A DNA stretch of 58,384 nucleotides from Bacteroidales bacterium (GTDB taxonomy: Bacteria > Bacteroidota > Bacteroidia > Bacteroidales > UBA932). The notes beneath the pieces are model-generated. The model ran no database searches. It had not been told where the DNA came from and was given only the letters and a program-made list of their open reading frames with translations. Below are positions 18,718 to 28,237 of the stretch, piece after piece. The translations under genes were made by a program, and so were the position numbers. The stretch is taken from NCBI GenBank assembly GCA_017616475.1, contig JAFZYD010000085.1, positions 1-58,384 of the forward strand, written 5' to 3'. Every line of letters starts with the position of its first letter. Positions within the stretch are counted from its first letter, which is position 1.

Positions 18718-20061
18718 ATGTTATCTCCGCTTACCGCCGTTTCTCCCGTTGACGGCCGCTATCACTCCAAGACAGAGGCTCTGGGAGGCTATTTCTCTGA
18801 ATTTGCACTTATCCGCTACCGCGTCAAAGTAGAAATTGAATATTTCATTGCGCTCTGCAAGATTCCCCTGCCGCAGCTGGCCGGTTTCGATGCGTCCCGT
18901 TTCGACGCGCTGCGCAAAATTTACCAGGATTTCGCCCCGGAAGACGCCAAGGCTGTAAAAGATATTGAGAAAGTCACCAATCACGACGTAAAGGCGGTGG
19001 AATATTTTATAAAGCAGCGCTTTGCGGAACTCAACATAATGCCCCGCTTTGGCGAATTCGTCCACTTTGGCCTCACTTCGCAGGACATCAACAACACCAG
19101 CGTGCCGCTCTCGCTCAAGGACGGCATCCGGGAGGTCTATCTCCCTATGCTTGAGGATGTTCTGGCCACCGTAAAAGGCTTTGCCCAGGAATGGAAGGAT
19201 GTGCCGATGCTGGCCCGCACCCACGGCCAGCCCGCTTCCCCCACCCGCCTGGGCAAGGAGTTCGGCGTGTTCGCCGCCCGTCTGGAAGAGCAGATGCGGC
19301 AGCTGGCCGAATGCCCCTACCCCGCAAAGTTCGGCGGTGCCACCGGCAATATGAACGCCCACCACGTGGCCTACCCCGACATAGACTGGAAGGCCTTCGG
19401 CGACTGCTTTGTAGAGGGAACTTTGGGACTGAAGCGCTCCTGGCCCACCACCCAGATAGAGCATTACGACAACCTGGCGGCCATTTTCGACTGCCTGGCC
19501 CGCATCAACACCATATTGATGGATATGTGCCGCGACATATGGCAATATATATCTATGGAGTATTTCCGCCAGAAGGTGGTTGCCGGCGAGGTCGGCTCGT
19601 CTGCTATGCCGCACAAGGTCAATCCAATCGATTTTGAAAATGCCGAAGGCAACCTGGGCGTGGCCAACGCCGTCTTCCGTCATCTTGCCGAAAAGCTCCC
19701 CATAAGCCGCCTGCAGCGCGATTTGACCGACTCCACGGTGCTTCGCAACGTGGGTGTTCCCGTGGCGCACAGCGTGATTGCACTGGCATCCCTTAAGAAG
19801 GGTCTGGGCAAACTCATTCTTAACGAGGCCAAACTGGCCGCCGACCTCGAAAACAACTGGGCTGTGGTGGCGGAGGCTATCCAGACCATACTGCGCCGCG
19901 AGGGCTATCCCAACCCGTATGAAACGCTAAAGGCGCTCACCCGCACCGGTGCCGGAATCAGCCGCGAAACCATCGCACAATTCATTGATACTCTGGAGGT
20001 AAGCGAAGCCGTGAAGGCCGAGCTGCGCGCCATAACCCCATCGTCTTACACAGGATTATAA
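18718..20061 (+). CDS. purB: Adenylosuccinate lyase
   Basis: Fumarate-lyase superfamily signature GSSAMPHKVNP and N-terminal SPVDGRY, at typical PurB length. Confidence 0.92.
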   Translation: MLSPLTAVSPVDGRYHSKTEALGGYFSEFALIRYRVKVEIEYFIALCKIPLPQLAGFDASRFDALRKIYQDFAPEDAKAVKDIEKVTNHDVKAVEYFIKQRFAELNIMPRFGEFVHFGLTSQDINNTSVPLSLKDGIREVYLPMLEDVLATVKGFAQEWKDVPMLARTHGQPASPTRLGKEFGVFAARLEEQMRQLAECPYPAKFGGATGNMNAHHVAYPDIDWKAFGDCFVEGTLGLKRSWPTTQIEHYDNLAAIFDCLARINTILMDMCRDIWQYISMEYFRQKVVAGEVGSSAMPHKVNPIDFENAEGNLGVANAVFRHLAEKLPISRLQRDLTDSTVLRNVGVPVAHSVIALASLKKGLGKLILNEAKLAADLENNWAVVAEAIQTILRREGYPNPYETLKALTRTGAGISRETIAQFIDTLEVSEAVKAELRAITPSSYTGL

Positions 20062-20068
20062 TATAGTT

Positions 20069-21772
20069 ATGAAGCATATCACACTTTCGCTTGCATTGCT
20101 GATTGCCTGCCTGCAGATGGCGGCGCAGCCATATTGGAACATCAACACCCGCATTATGCCGCTGCGCGTGCCGGTGGGCGAACGGCCCGAATTCCTGGAC
20201 CTCAACAACGACGGACGGCAGGACGCCGTAAAGAGCTACATCCGCGGCGACATCCCCATCCTGTGGCTGGACGAGGACGGCAATATGAAGGCGGGCGACA
20301 TTGAGGGCGACGTTGTGAACGACTGCCTGCTGGTGGACCGCGACAAGGACGGCATCTACGACCTTATTGTTAAACACGCAGACCAGACCGGCAACGGCGT
20401 GGCGGACGTTCAGTTGGTGATAGACTACCCACACTGCGGCAAGGACGGCTGGATTAACTTTATGTATGTGTTTGACGACGACGGCGACGGCGTCTTCAAC
20501 TATATCGACTGGAATGCGATGGAGCTTTGGTGCTGGGAGAAGAACGGCATAAGCGACTTCTACACCGACTACAGCGGCAATTCCACCTTCCTCAAGACCC
20601 ACCGCAAGCCCGACGTGATGGAAGACCTCCGCTACCAGTGGGAGAACCCATTCATTTTCTACGACTACGACGGCGACGGCCTCAGCGAGATGGCGGTGCG
20701 CTTCTGCGACGGCTCCTTCCCCAAGGAATCGGCACAGGCGGCCGGCTACGACCTCTGGCAGCACCAGGGTTGGATGCACTGGTTCTCGATGGGCATAGAT
20801 ATGGACAACGACAACGCCCCGGGCAACGATTTTGACTTTGATATGACGCTGTGCTATCGCGGCGACAAAGCGGTTAACTACAGCGACTGCGTCCATCCGC
20901 TGCGGGGTATGCGCGGCCTGCCGGAGGCAGACAAATTCTTCCCGGACCCACGCTACCGACTGCTCACGGAACTCATTTACCCGGACCGCAACCAGGCCTT
21001 CAAGGTGGGCTTTTCCGGCAACTGGGCCCGTGCATTCTTTGTATGGGACGAAGATGACGACTGCGGCCGCTGGGAGCGTGTAGAACTTTACGACAATATG
21101 GACGCCTTTAAGATGGGCGCGGGCCAGGGCGGGCTTGACAACAACCCGCAGGCTGACGTCACGGGCGACCGCGGCGAGTGGGATATGGATTTCTCCGGCG
21201 GCGGCGACATATACATAGGCCGGTTTGACGGGCGCGTGCACCTATACGGAGCGGAGCGGGGCGTGTGGCGCATAGACCAGAACACCCAGTACTACCAGGG
21301 CTTCAACCGCACCTGGCAGAACACCGCCCCTGGCAACTGCGCCACCGTGGAATACACGGACGAGAACGGCAACGGCTTTTTAGATTGCATAAAATATGAC
21401 CTCAACGGCGACCACGAATACGAGATTACCGTATCGCTGCTGGAACTCGGGCTGGACGACACCTGCTCCGTGCTGGACGTCTCCAAAATGAAATACAAAG
21501 ACTACACCCGCCTGTTCAAGCGCGTGTCGGGCGGAATGTGGGCCCGCGCGCAGGACGCCCGCAAAGTGGCCCGCGTGCTGGGAGTGGAGACCTACTGGTA
21601 TTCCAAGCTTTTGACCGGCGGCAGCGCCCGCAAGAAATATCACGACGGCTGGTGGTTCCAGTTCTACGTTTACAAAGATCTGGAGCAGCGCTACATCGCC
21701 GCCGGCGACACCGAGGCGTTGCAACGACTGACCCGCGCCTACTACTCCGGCGACTGGAAGTCGCTAATCTAA
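20069..21772 (+). CDS. Secreted protein with multiple DxDxDG calcium-binding loops (FG-GAP/integrin-alpha-like repeats); function unknown
   Basis: Signal peptide MKHITLSLALLIACLQMAAQ. Acidic loops recur throughout: DLNNDGRQD, DRDKDGIYD, DDDGDGVFN, DYDGDGLSE, DMDNDNAPGND, DENGNGFLD, DLNGDHEYE. Confidence 0.7.
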   Translation: MKHITLSLALLIACLQMAAQPYWNINTRIMPLRVPVGERPEFLDLNNDGRQDAVKSYIRGDIPILWLDEDGNMKAGDIEGDVVNDCLLVDRDKDGIYDLIVKHADQTGNGVADVQLVIDYPHCGKDGWINFMYVFDDDGDGVFNYIDWNAMELWCWEKNGISDFYTDYSGNSTFLKTHRKPDVMEDLRYQWENPFIFYDYDGDGLSEMAVRFCDGSFPKESAQAAGYDLWQHQGWMHWFSMGIDMDNDNAPGNDFDFDMTLCYRGDKAVNYSDCVHPLRGMRGLPEADKFFPDPRYRLLTELIYPDRNQAFKVGFSGNWARAFFVWDEDDDCGRWERVELYDNMDAFKMGAGQGGLDNNPQADVTGDRGEWDMDFSGGGDIYIGRFDGRVHLYGAERGVWRIDQNTQYYQGFNRTWQNTAPGNCATVEYTDENGNGFLDCIKYDLNGDHEYEITVSLLELGLDDTCSVLDVSKMKYKDYTRLFKRVSGGMWARAQDARKVARVLGVETYWYSKLLTGGSARKKYHDGWWFQFYVYKDLEQRYIAAGDTEALQRLTRAYYSGDWKSLI

Positions 21773-21816
21773 CCCCGTGGAGGGTAAACAACTGACACAC
21801 AACTCTATATAAAAAA

Positions 21817-21846
21817 GTCACCCTCTCTTGCACAGAGGGGGTAACT
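21817..21846. terminator. Bidirectional hairpin between convergent genes (better as the tpiA terminator)
   Basis: CCCTCT (21821-26) pairs with AGAGGG (21834-39). An A6 run at 21811-16 reads as a T-run on the minus strand, and there is a weak TTTT on the plus side. Confidence 0.45.
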
Positions 21847-21982
21847 TTTAATAATTCGCTAGCCCACAAGCATTTATTCTCCATTCAACTTAACAATCGC
21901 CATCAGGCGATAGCGTAGCGCGTGCGGGCCGATTAGCAGAATAGCCAGCGCGGAGCGGCGGGGTTTGGGGCAGCGCCCCAGT

Positions 21983-22738
21983 TTAATAGGACTGCGCGAT
22001 GGCGAGGAAGTCCTCTGCCTTGAGGGAAGCGCCGCCGATAAGGCCGCCGTCGATGTCGGGCTGTGCGAACAGTTCCTTGGCGTTGGAAGGCTTGCAGCTG
22101 CCGCCATAGAGAATGGTGCAATCTTCAGCCACCTTTGCGCCGAACTTGTCAGCAAGGAGTTTGCGGATGAATGCGTGAATTTCCTGTGCCTGTTCGTTGC
22201 TGGCGGTAAGGCCGGTACCGATGGCCCAAACGGGCTCGTATGCAATCACAATGTGACCCATCTGCTCTGCAGTGAGGCCAAAGAGAACCTCTTCTATCTG
22301 TGCCTTTACAACATCGAAATGCTTGCCTGCAAGGCGCTCGTCTTTCATTTCACCTACGCAGTAGATGGGCTGCAGACCGTTCTCGAGTGCGAGAGCTATT
22401 TTCTCCACCAGGGTTGCGGAGGTCTCGCCGTAGTACTGACGGCGCTCGGAGTGGCCGAGAATAACAAACTGGCAGCCGATGCCTGCGAGCATACCCGCAG
22501 CCACCTCACCGGTATACGCACCCTTTGCCTTGTCTGCGCAGTTCTGTGCGGAGAGGGCTATCTTGGTGCCCTTTATGGCCTCGGCAACGCTTGTAAGATG
22601 TACGAACGGCGGTGCCACTACCAGATTGACGTCAGCGGGAACTTGATTGAAATTTGCGGCCAGCTCGCTTGCCAGAGCCACACCTTCGGCAACGGTGGTA
22701 TTCATTTTCCAGTTGCCGGCTACTATTTTTCTACGCAT
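21983..22738 (-). CDS. tpiA: Triosephosphate isomerase
   Basis: [28 protein letters not shown] and ILYGGS motifs. Confidence 0.95.
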   Translation of the reverse strand: MRRKIVAGNWKMNTTVAEGVALASELAANFNQVPADVNLVVAPPFVHLTSVAEAIKGTKIALSAQNCADKAKGAYTGEVAAGMLAGIGCQFVILGHSERRQYYGETSATLVEKIALALENGLQPIYCVGEMKDERLAGKHFDVVKAQIEEVLFGLTAEQMGHIVIAYEPVWAIGTGLTASNEQAQEIHAFIRKLLADKFGAKVAEDCTILYGGSCKPSNAKELFAQPDIDGGLIGGASLKAEDFLAIAQSY

Positions 22739-22815
22739 ATTTTGTAAATTTATTGTTTGTAATCTGTCTTTTGCGGAAGCGCAAAGATAAGATAATAATC
22801 GCTAACTTTGCAAGG

Positions 22816-25434
22816 ATGGACAAGCTATTCTTAATTGACGGACATTCGCTGATCTTCAGGATGTACTACGCCTTTATGAGGCGCCCTATGGTCAACTCCA
22901 AAGGGGTTGACACCTCCATCCTGTACGGTTTCACAAAATATTTGCTGGAGATTATCTCCAAGCAGCAGCCCACCCACCTTGCGGTGGCGTTCGACCCCCA
23001 CGCGGCCACCTTCCGCCACGAGGCCTACCCACCCTACAAGGCCAACCGCAGCGAGGCGCCGGAGCTGGTACACCAGGCGCTGGAACCCCTATGCGAGCTG
23101 CTCAAGGCAATGGAAATCCCCGTGCTGATGCGCCCCGGGTTCGAGGCGGACGACGTTATATGCAGCGCCGCCAAGCATTTTGCCGGCAGCAATATGCAGG
23201 TGTATATGGTGACCCCTGACAAAGACTTTGGCCAGGCTGTGACGGGCAACATCTTCCAGTTCAAGCCGGGCAAGGCGGGCGACGACGACATAATCCTGGA
23301 CGAGGCGGCCATCTGCGCCAACTACGGCATCAGCAGTTCACGTCAGGTGATTGACATCCTCACTATCTGGGGCGACGCCTCCGACAACGTCCCGGGCGTG
23401 GCTGGCGTGGGCGAAGTCGGCGCCAAAAAGCTTATCGGCACCTACGGCAGCGTAGAGAACATATACGCCCATCTGGACGAACTCACACCCAAGCTGCGCG
23501 AGAACTTCGAAGCGGCGCGTGACCATATAGAAATGAGCAAGTTCCTGGTCACCATTAAGGACGATATCGATATAGGGGTGGCCCTGGACGACCTGCGCCT
23601 CACCGCCCGCTGCAGCGCCGCGGTGCGCGAACTCTTCGATAAATACGAATTCCCGAGCCTTATTAAGATGCTGCCGGAAGGAGAAGGCAGCGCCTGCTCA
23701 GTGGCACAGACAAGGCACCTGCAGTGCAGCGAAGCCTCCCCCGCTGCAGTGATTGCCGCAGCCCGCAAGGCGCAGAGCGTGGCTGTGAGCGTCGGAGAAA
23801 AGATAATCCTGGCGGCCGGCGGCAGCTACGCCCAGTTCGACAAGAGCGACGCCGCAGCCCGCGAGTTGCTGCAAGACGCCGCCATTGCCAAAGCCGGCCA
23901 CGGCCTCAAAGATTCGATGCATCGTCTGGGCGCCGGATTTGCGGGCCCATTGATGGACATCGAAATAATGCACTATCTGCTGAACCCGGAAGTCAATCAC
24001 AAGACCGAATACCTGCTGCGCAGCTACCTGCAGCTGGAGCTGGAGGGCGAGGCTAAAACAGAAGAAGATGCCGCGCCGGTGCAGTTCGACCTCTTTTCTA
24101 TGGCCACTGGCCAGGCCGACGCCCGCGAAACCGAAACCGCCTGCCGCAGCTGCGTGGCGGCCGGGATGCTGGCCCCGGTCATCGAAAAGGATCTCCGCGA
24201 AAAGAACCTCTGGAGCCTCTACGAAAAGATAGAGATGCCGCTCATAGGCGTCCTGTACGATATTGAGTCGGAAGGAGTCAAGATAGACACCGCCCAGCTG
24301 GCGGCCTTCGGCGCCTCTCTGGAGGGGGACATAGCCCGGCTGGAGAGGGAGATACGCGACATAGCCGGCGACCCCGCCCTCAATGTATCTTCGCCAAAGC
24401 AAATAGGCGTGCTGCTTTTTGAAAAGCTCAAGCTGGACCCGAAGGTCAAGAAGAGCCGTACCGGCGCCTACACCACCGACGAGGAGACGCTCCAGGCGCT
24501 GGCCGACCGCCACCCGGTGATAGGGAAGATTCTGGAATACCGCGGCCTCAAGAAACTGATGTCCACCTACATAGCGCCGCTGCCGGGCTACATCGACCCC
24601 GCCGACGGCCGCGTGCACACCACCTTCACCCAGGCGCTCACCGCCACCGGCCGCCTCTCCAGCATCAAGCCCAACCTGCAGAATATTCCGGTGCGCACCT
24701 CACTGGGCCAGGAGATACGCCGCGCCTTTGTGCCCGGCGCCGACTGGATTGTGGCGGCGGACTATTCGCAAATCGAACTCAGGATAATGGCGCACCTCTC
24801 CGGCGACCCCTCGCTGGTGGCCGATTTTGCCACTGGCGACGACATACACGCCGCCACCGCCGCCAAGATATTCGGTGTGCCGGTGTCCGAGGTCACCAAG
24901 GACCAGCGGCGGCAGGCCAAGACGGCCAACTTCGGCATAATGTACGGCATATCGTCGTTTGGCCTGGCGCAGCGGCTGGGCATTGCCCGCGGCGATGCCA
25001 AGGCGCTCATAGACGACTACTACCGCACCTTCCCCGGCATCCGCGCCTACATCGACAAGGTGATTGCGCAGGCCCGCGAAAAGGGCTACGTAGAGACCAT
25101 CTTCGGCCGGCGGCGCTACCTGCCCGACATAGTCTCCAAGAACTTCACCGTGCGCAGCCTGGCAGAGCGAAACGCCGTGAACGCCCCCATACAGGGGAGC
25201 AGCGCCGACATAATTAAACTGGCAATGATTAACGTCCACAGCAAGCTCAAGGAGGGCGGCTACCGCAGCCGTATGGTGCTGCAGATTCACGACGAGCTGT
25301 TGTTCGATGTGTACGAAGACGAGCGGGAACGCCTTATGGCGATGGTGGTGGACCAGATGCAGAACGTCTGCCGCCTCGCAGTCCCGGTGATTGTAGATTG
25401 CAACGCCGGCAAAAACTGGCTGGAGGCCCACTAG
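22816..25434 (+). CDS. polA: DNA polymerase I
   Basis: ORF 22654..25434 trimmed to ATG 22816 (MDKLFLIDGHSLIFRMYYAF, 5'-nuclease start). Pol motifs are present (RRQAKTANFGIMYG, LQIHDELLF). A TAACTTTG -7 box sits at 22803-22810. Confidence 0.95.
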   Translation: MDKLFLIDGHSLIFRMYYAFMRRPMVNSKGVDTSILYGFTKYLLEIISKQQPTHLAVAFDPHAATFRHEAYPPYKANRSEAPELVHQALEPLCELLKAMEIPVLMRPGFEADDVICSAAKHFAGSNMQVYMVTPDKDFGQAVTGNIFQFKPGKAGDDDIILDEAAICANYGISSSRQVIDILTIWGDASDNVPGVAGVGEVGAKKLIGTYGSVENIYAHLDELTPKLRENFEAARDHIEMSKFLVTIKDDIDIGVALDDLRLTARCSAAVRELFDKYEFPSLIKMLPEGEGSACSVAQTRHLQCSEASPAAVIAAARKAQSVAVSVGEKIILAAGGSYAQFDKSDAAARELLQDAAIAKAGHGLKDSMHRLGAGFAGPLMDIEIMHYLLNPEVNHKTEYLLRSYLQLELEGEAKTEEDAAPVQFDLFSMATGQADARETETACRSCVAAGMLAPVIEKDLREKNLWSLYEKIEMPLIGVLYDIESEGVKIDTAQLAAFGASLEGDIARLEREIRDIAGDPALNVSSPKQIGVLLFEKLKLDPKVKKSRTGAYTTDEETLQALADRHPVIGKILEYRGLKKLMSTYIAPLPGYIDPADGRVHTTFTQALTATGRLSSIKPNLQNIPVRTSLGQEIRRAFVPGADWIVAADYSQIELRIMAHLSGDPSLVADFATGDDIHAATAAKIFGVPVSEVTKDQRRQAKTANFGIMYGISSFGLAQRLGIARGDAKALIDDYYRTFPGIRAYIDKVIAQAREKGYVETIFGRRRYLPDIVSKNFTVRSLAERNAVNAPIQGSSADIIKLAMINVHSKLKEGGYRSRMVLQIHDELLFDVYEDERERLMAMVVDQMQNVCRLAVPVIVDCNAGKNWLEAH

Positions 25435-26061
25435 ATGGAACAGATACTCAAATATTTCCCAGCGCTGACCGACCTGCAGAAGGAGCGGTTTGCCGCCCTG
25501 CGGGCGCTATACGAAGATTGGAATTCCAAGATAAACGTCATATCCAGAAAGGATATGGAGAGTTTCTACGAACACCACGTGCTCCACTCCCTGGCCGTTG
25601 CGGCCGCGTTCGACGGAGTGCTCTCGGCTCCGGGCCAGACCATCCTTGACGTAGGCACCGGGGGAGGCTTTCCCGGCATCCCGCTGGCCATCTTCTACCC
25701 GGAGGCAAAGTTCACCCTGTGCGACTCGGTCGGCAAAAAGATTAAGGTGGCAAGTGCGGTGGCCGGGGCGCTGCAGTTGGACAACGTCACCTGCGTGAAC
25801 AGCCGTGCGGAGGCGCTCGAGGGTCCGTTCGACTGGGTCGTGTCGCGCGCGGTTACATCGCTGGACAATTTCCTGCCGTGGGTCCGCGGCAAATTTGGCA
25901 AAGGGGTCATCTATCTAAAGGGGGGCGACGTAGATGCGGAAATAGCGGTGTGCAGGCAGCGCCGGCTGCTGGACCCGAAGAAGGTGATGGTCAGCGATAT
26001 AAGCCTGTTTTTCAAAGAAGAATGGTTCGAAACAAAAAAAGTTGTGTTCATCTCGAAATAA
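25435..26061 (+). CDS. rsmG: 16S rRNA (guanine527-N7)-methyltransferase
   Basis: GidB/RsmG family with SAM motif LDVGTGGGFPGIPLAI. It starts immediately after the polA stop. Confidence 0.9.
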   Translation: MEQILKYFPALTDLQKERFAALRALYEDWNSKINVISRKDMESFYEHHVLHSLAVAAAFDGVLSAPGQTILDVGTGGGFPGIPLAIFYPEAKFTLCDSVGKKIKVASAVAGALQLDNVTCVNSRAEALEGPFDWVVSRAVTSLDNFLPWVRGKFGKGVIYLKGGDVDAEIAVCRQRRLLDPKKVMVSDISLFFKEEWFETKKVVFISK

Positions 26062-26063
26062 TT

Positions 26064-26095
26064 TTTGGTAATTTGCTCAAGACTATTTACTTTTG
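26064..26095 (+). promoter_or_regulatory. Bacteroidota sigma-A type promoter for rpmH (-33 TTTG, -7 TActTTTG)
   Basis: TTTG at 26064-67 and TACTTTTG at 26088-95, with a 20-nt spacer. The promoter lies 36 nt upstream of the rpmH ATG. Confidence 0.5.
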
Positions 26096-26131
26096 CAGTC
26101 CCAAAATTTGAAATAATAAAAATTATACGAT

Positions 26132-26284
26132 ATGAAACGCACATTTCAGCCCTCTATCCGCAAGCGTCGCAACAAACACGGCTTCCGTGAGCGTATGTCC
26201 ACTCCCAACGGCCGCCGCGTGCTTGCAGCTCGCCGTCGTCACGGTCGCAAGAAACTCACCGTTTCCAGCGAGGACCGTTTCTAA
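26132..26284 (+). CDS. rpmH: 50S ribosomal protein L34 (50 aa; absent from the supplied ORF track)
   Basis: Hand translation gives [50 protein letters not shown], a canonical L34 sequence. Confidence 0.93.
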   Translation: MKRTFQPSIRKRRNKHGFRERMSTPNGRRVLAARRRHGRKKLTVSSEDRF

Positions 26285-26305
26285 TAAAGAATAACGGCAA
26301 GCAAG

Positions 26306-26333
26306 GAGAGGCCCCAACAGGGTCTCTTTTTTT
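26306..26333 (+). terminator. Intrinsic terminator after rpmH
   Basis: Hairpin GAGA(GG)CCC / GGGTCTC with a 5-nt loop, followed by a run of seven T at 26327-26333. Confidence 0.55.
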
Positions 26334-26362
26334 ATATCATTTTTTACTATCTTTGCTTTGTT

Positions 26363-27139
26363 ATGGCTAAAAATGGACTCAAAGATAAACCTTTGCTGCG
26401 CAATTTCTTGTGGGGCATAGGGTTTCTGGTTGCAATGATACTTGTGTTGCAGCTGGCTCTCACAATATTCACCCGTCACAACCGCGAACTCACGGTGCCC
26501 GATTTCACCGCGCTCGATATGAAAACCGTGAACCGAGTGGCCAAGAACCTCCATCTGCGCACAGAAATTGCCGATTCTGTGTTTGTGCGGCACCTGCCGC
26601 TGGGCGTGGTGTTCTCGCAGAATCCGGTGGCCGGCAGCCGCGTCAAGAAGAACCGCCGCATATTTATAACCATCAACTCCACCGTGCCGCGTATGGTCAC
26701 CGTGCCATCCGTGATAGGTTATTCGCTGCGCCAGGCTCAGGCGGAGCTTGCCGCCAACGGCCTCAACGTAGGCAAACTGACCTACGTTAGCGACATCGCC
26801 ACCAACAATGTGCTGCGCCAGCAGTACAAGGGCAAGGATATAGGCAGCGGCCGCAAGGTGGAAACCGAAAGCAAGATTGACCTCGTGCTGGGCCTGAACA
26901 GCGAAGACAACACCACCGACGTGCCCAATGTGAAGGGTTTCACCTATTCCGTGGCCTCGGCAAACTTAATTGAGAATTCCCTCAACGTGGGCAAGGTGCG
27001 CTACGACGACAGCGTCAAGAACTACGCCGACAGCCTCCACGCAGTTGTCTACAGCCAGTCCCCGGCCGCCCCCGCACACGTGGGGATGGGCCGCAGCGTG
27101 GACATCTATCTCACCGTCGACCCCGAAAAAACCAAGTAA
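26363..27139 (+). CDS. Stand-alone membrane-anchored PASTA-domain protein (three PASTA repeats)
   Basis: N-terminal TM helix (GIGFLVAMILVLQLALTIF). Three ~65-aa repeats begin VPDFTALDMKTV, VTVPSVIGYSLRQAQAEL and VPNVKGFTYSVASANL. No kinase or transpeptidase domain is present. Confidence 0.8.
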   Translation: MAKNGLKDKPLLRNFLWGIGFLVAMILVLQLALTIFTRHNRELTVPDFTALDMKTVNRVAKNLHLRTEIADSVFVRHLPLGVVFSQNPVAGSRVKKNRRIFITINSTVPRMVTVPSVIGYSLRQAQAELAANGLNVGKLTYVSDIATNNVLRQQYKGKDIGSGRKVETESKIDLVLGLNSEDNTTDVPNVKGFTYSVASANLIENSLNVGKVRYDDSVKNYADSLHAVVYSQSPAAPAHVGMGRSVDIYLTVDPEKTK

Positions 27140-28237
27140 ATGGCGGAAGAGGCTCTCAGGGAAGAAGATATTCTGGACGAAGAACTGGAACAGGCAGAAG
27201 GTGACGAACAAATGTTCGAGCACTACCGCTTTGTGGTAGACAAAGGGCAGGCACCGTTGCGCATAGACCGCTTTATTGTGAGCAAGATGGAGCAGACCTC
27301 GCGCCACCGCGTGCAGCTGGCGCTGGAGGCGCAGTACGTGCGGGTGAACAGCAAGCCGGTCAAGGCCAACTATAAGGTGAAGCCCGCCGACCTCATCACC
27401 ATAATGCTCCCCTACCAGCGGCGCGGCTTCGAAGTGCATCCCGAGCCGATTCCCCTGGATATTGTATACGAAGACGACGACCTGCTTATTGTTAACAAGC
27501 CCGCCGGGATGGTTGTGCACCCCGGTTTCGGCCACTTTTCCGGGACTCTCATAAACGCACTGGCCTTCCATCTCGGCATCAGCCAGGACGCCGATGCAGC
27601 AGACGAGCGTATGGGGGTGCTGGTGCACCGCATCGACAAGGACACCTCCGGACTGCTGGTGGTGGCCAAGAACGAAATCTCCCAGATGCGGCTGGCTGGC
27701 CAATTCTTTGACCACACCATAAAGCGCACCTACTGGGCGCTGGTCTGGGGCAACATTTCGGAGGATTCGGGCACGATTGAAGGAAACATAGGCCGCGACC
27801 CCAACGACCGGATGCGGTTCAAGGTGTTCGAAGACGGCAGCCAGGGCAAGACCGCCATCACGCATTACCGCGTGCTGGAGCGTTTCGGCTACACCACCCT
27901 GGTGGAATGCAACCTGGAGACCGGCCGCACCCACCAGATCCGCGTCCATATGAATTATATAGGCCACCCGCTGTTCAACGACGACCGCTACGGCGGCGAC
28001 CGGGTGCTAAAGGGCCCCCTCTACGCCAAGTACAAACAGTTCATAGACAACTGCTTTGCCATTATGCCCCGCCAGGCGCTGCACGCCAAGACTCTGGGTT
28101 TCACCCACCCCGGCACCCATAAGGAGATATTCTTCGACAGCGAAATTCCCGCCGACTTCACTGCGCTGCTGGCCAAATGGCGCAGCTACAGCGAAGGCCG
28201 CGACATCCTCAGAAACGTTCAGGAAGAAGAAGATTAA
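27140..28237 (+). CDS. rluD: 23S rRNA pseudouridine synthase, RluA/RluD family
   Basis: S4-like N-terminus, catalytic HRIDKDTSGLLVVAKN motif, and GRTHQIRVH. Confidence 0.9.
   Translation: MAEEALREEDILDEELEQAEGDEQMFEHYRFVVDKGQAPLRIDRFIVSKMEQTSRHRVQLALEAQYVRVNSKPVKANYKVKPADLITIMLPYQRRGFEVHPEPIPLDIVYEDDDLLIVNKPAGMVVHPGFGHFSGTLINALAFHLGISQDADAADERMGVLVHRIDKDTSGLLVVAKNEISQMRLAGQFFDHTIKRTYWALVWGNISEDSGTIEGNIGRDPNDRMRFKVFEDGSQGKTAITHYRVLERFGYTTLVECNLETGRTHQIRVHMNYIGHPLFNDDRYGGDRVLKGPLYAKYKQFIDNCFAIMPRQALHAKTLGFTHPGTHKEIFFDSEIPADFTALLAKWRSYSEGRDILRNVQEEED

Noticed and set aside
21870-21982. Small palindromes downstream of tpiA (ATCGCC-ATCA-GGCGAT, TGGGGC-AGC-GCCCCA) as terminators or small RNA.
   Set aside because: The stems are short (6 bp) and lack adjacent T-runs on the relevant strand. 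The hairpin at 21817-21846 is a better terminator candidate.
25435-26362. Possible replication origin, because rsmG (gidB) and rpmH are classical oriC neighbours.
   Set aside because: No dnaA, rnpA or dnaN is present. I found no cluster of TTATCCACA-like DnaA boxes in the short AT-rich gaps. The spacers are fully explained by a promoter and a terminator.
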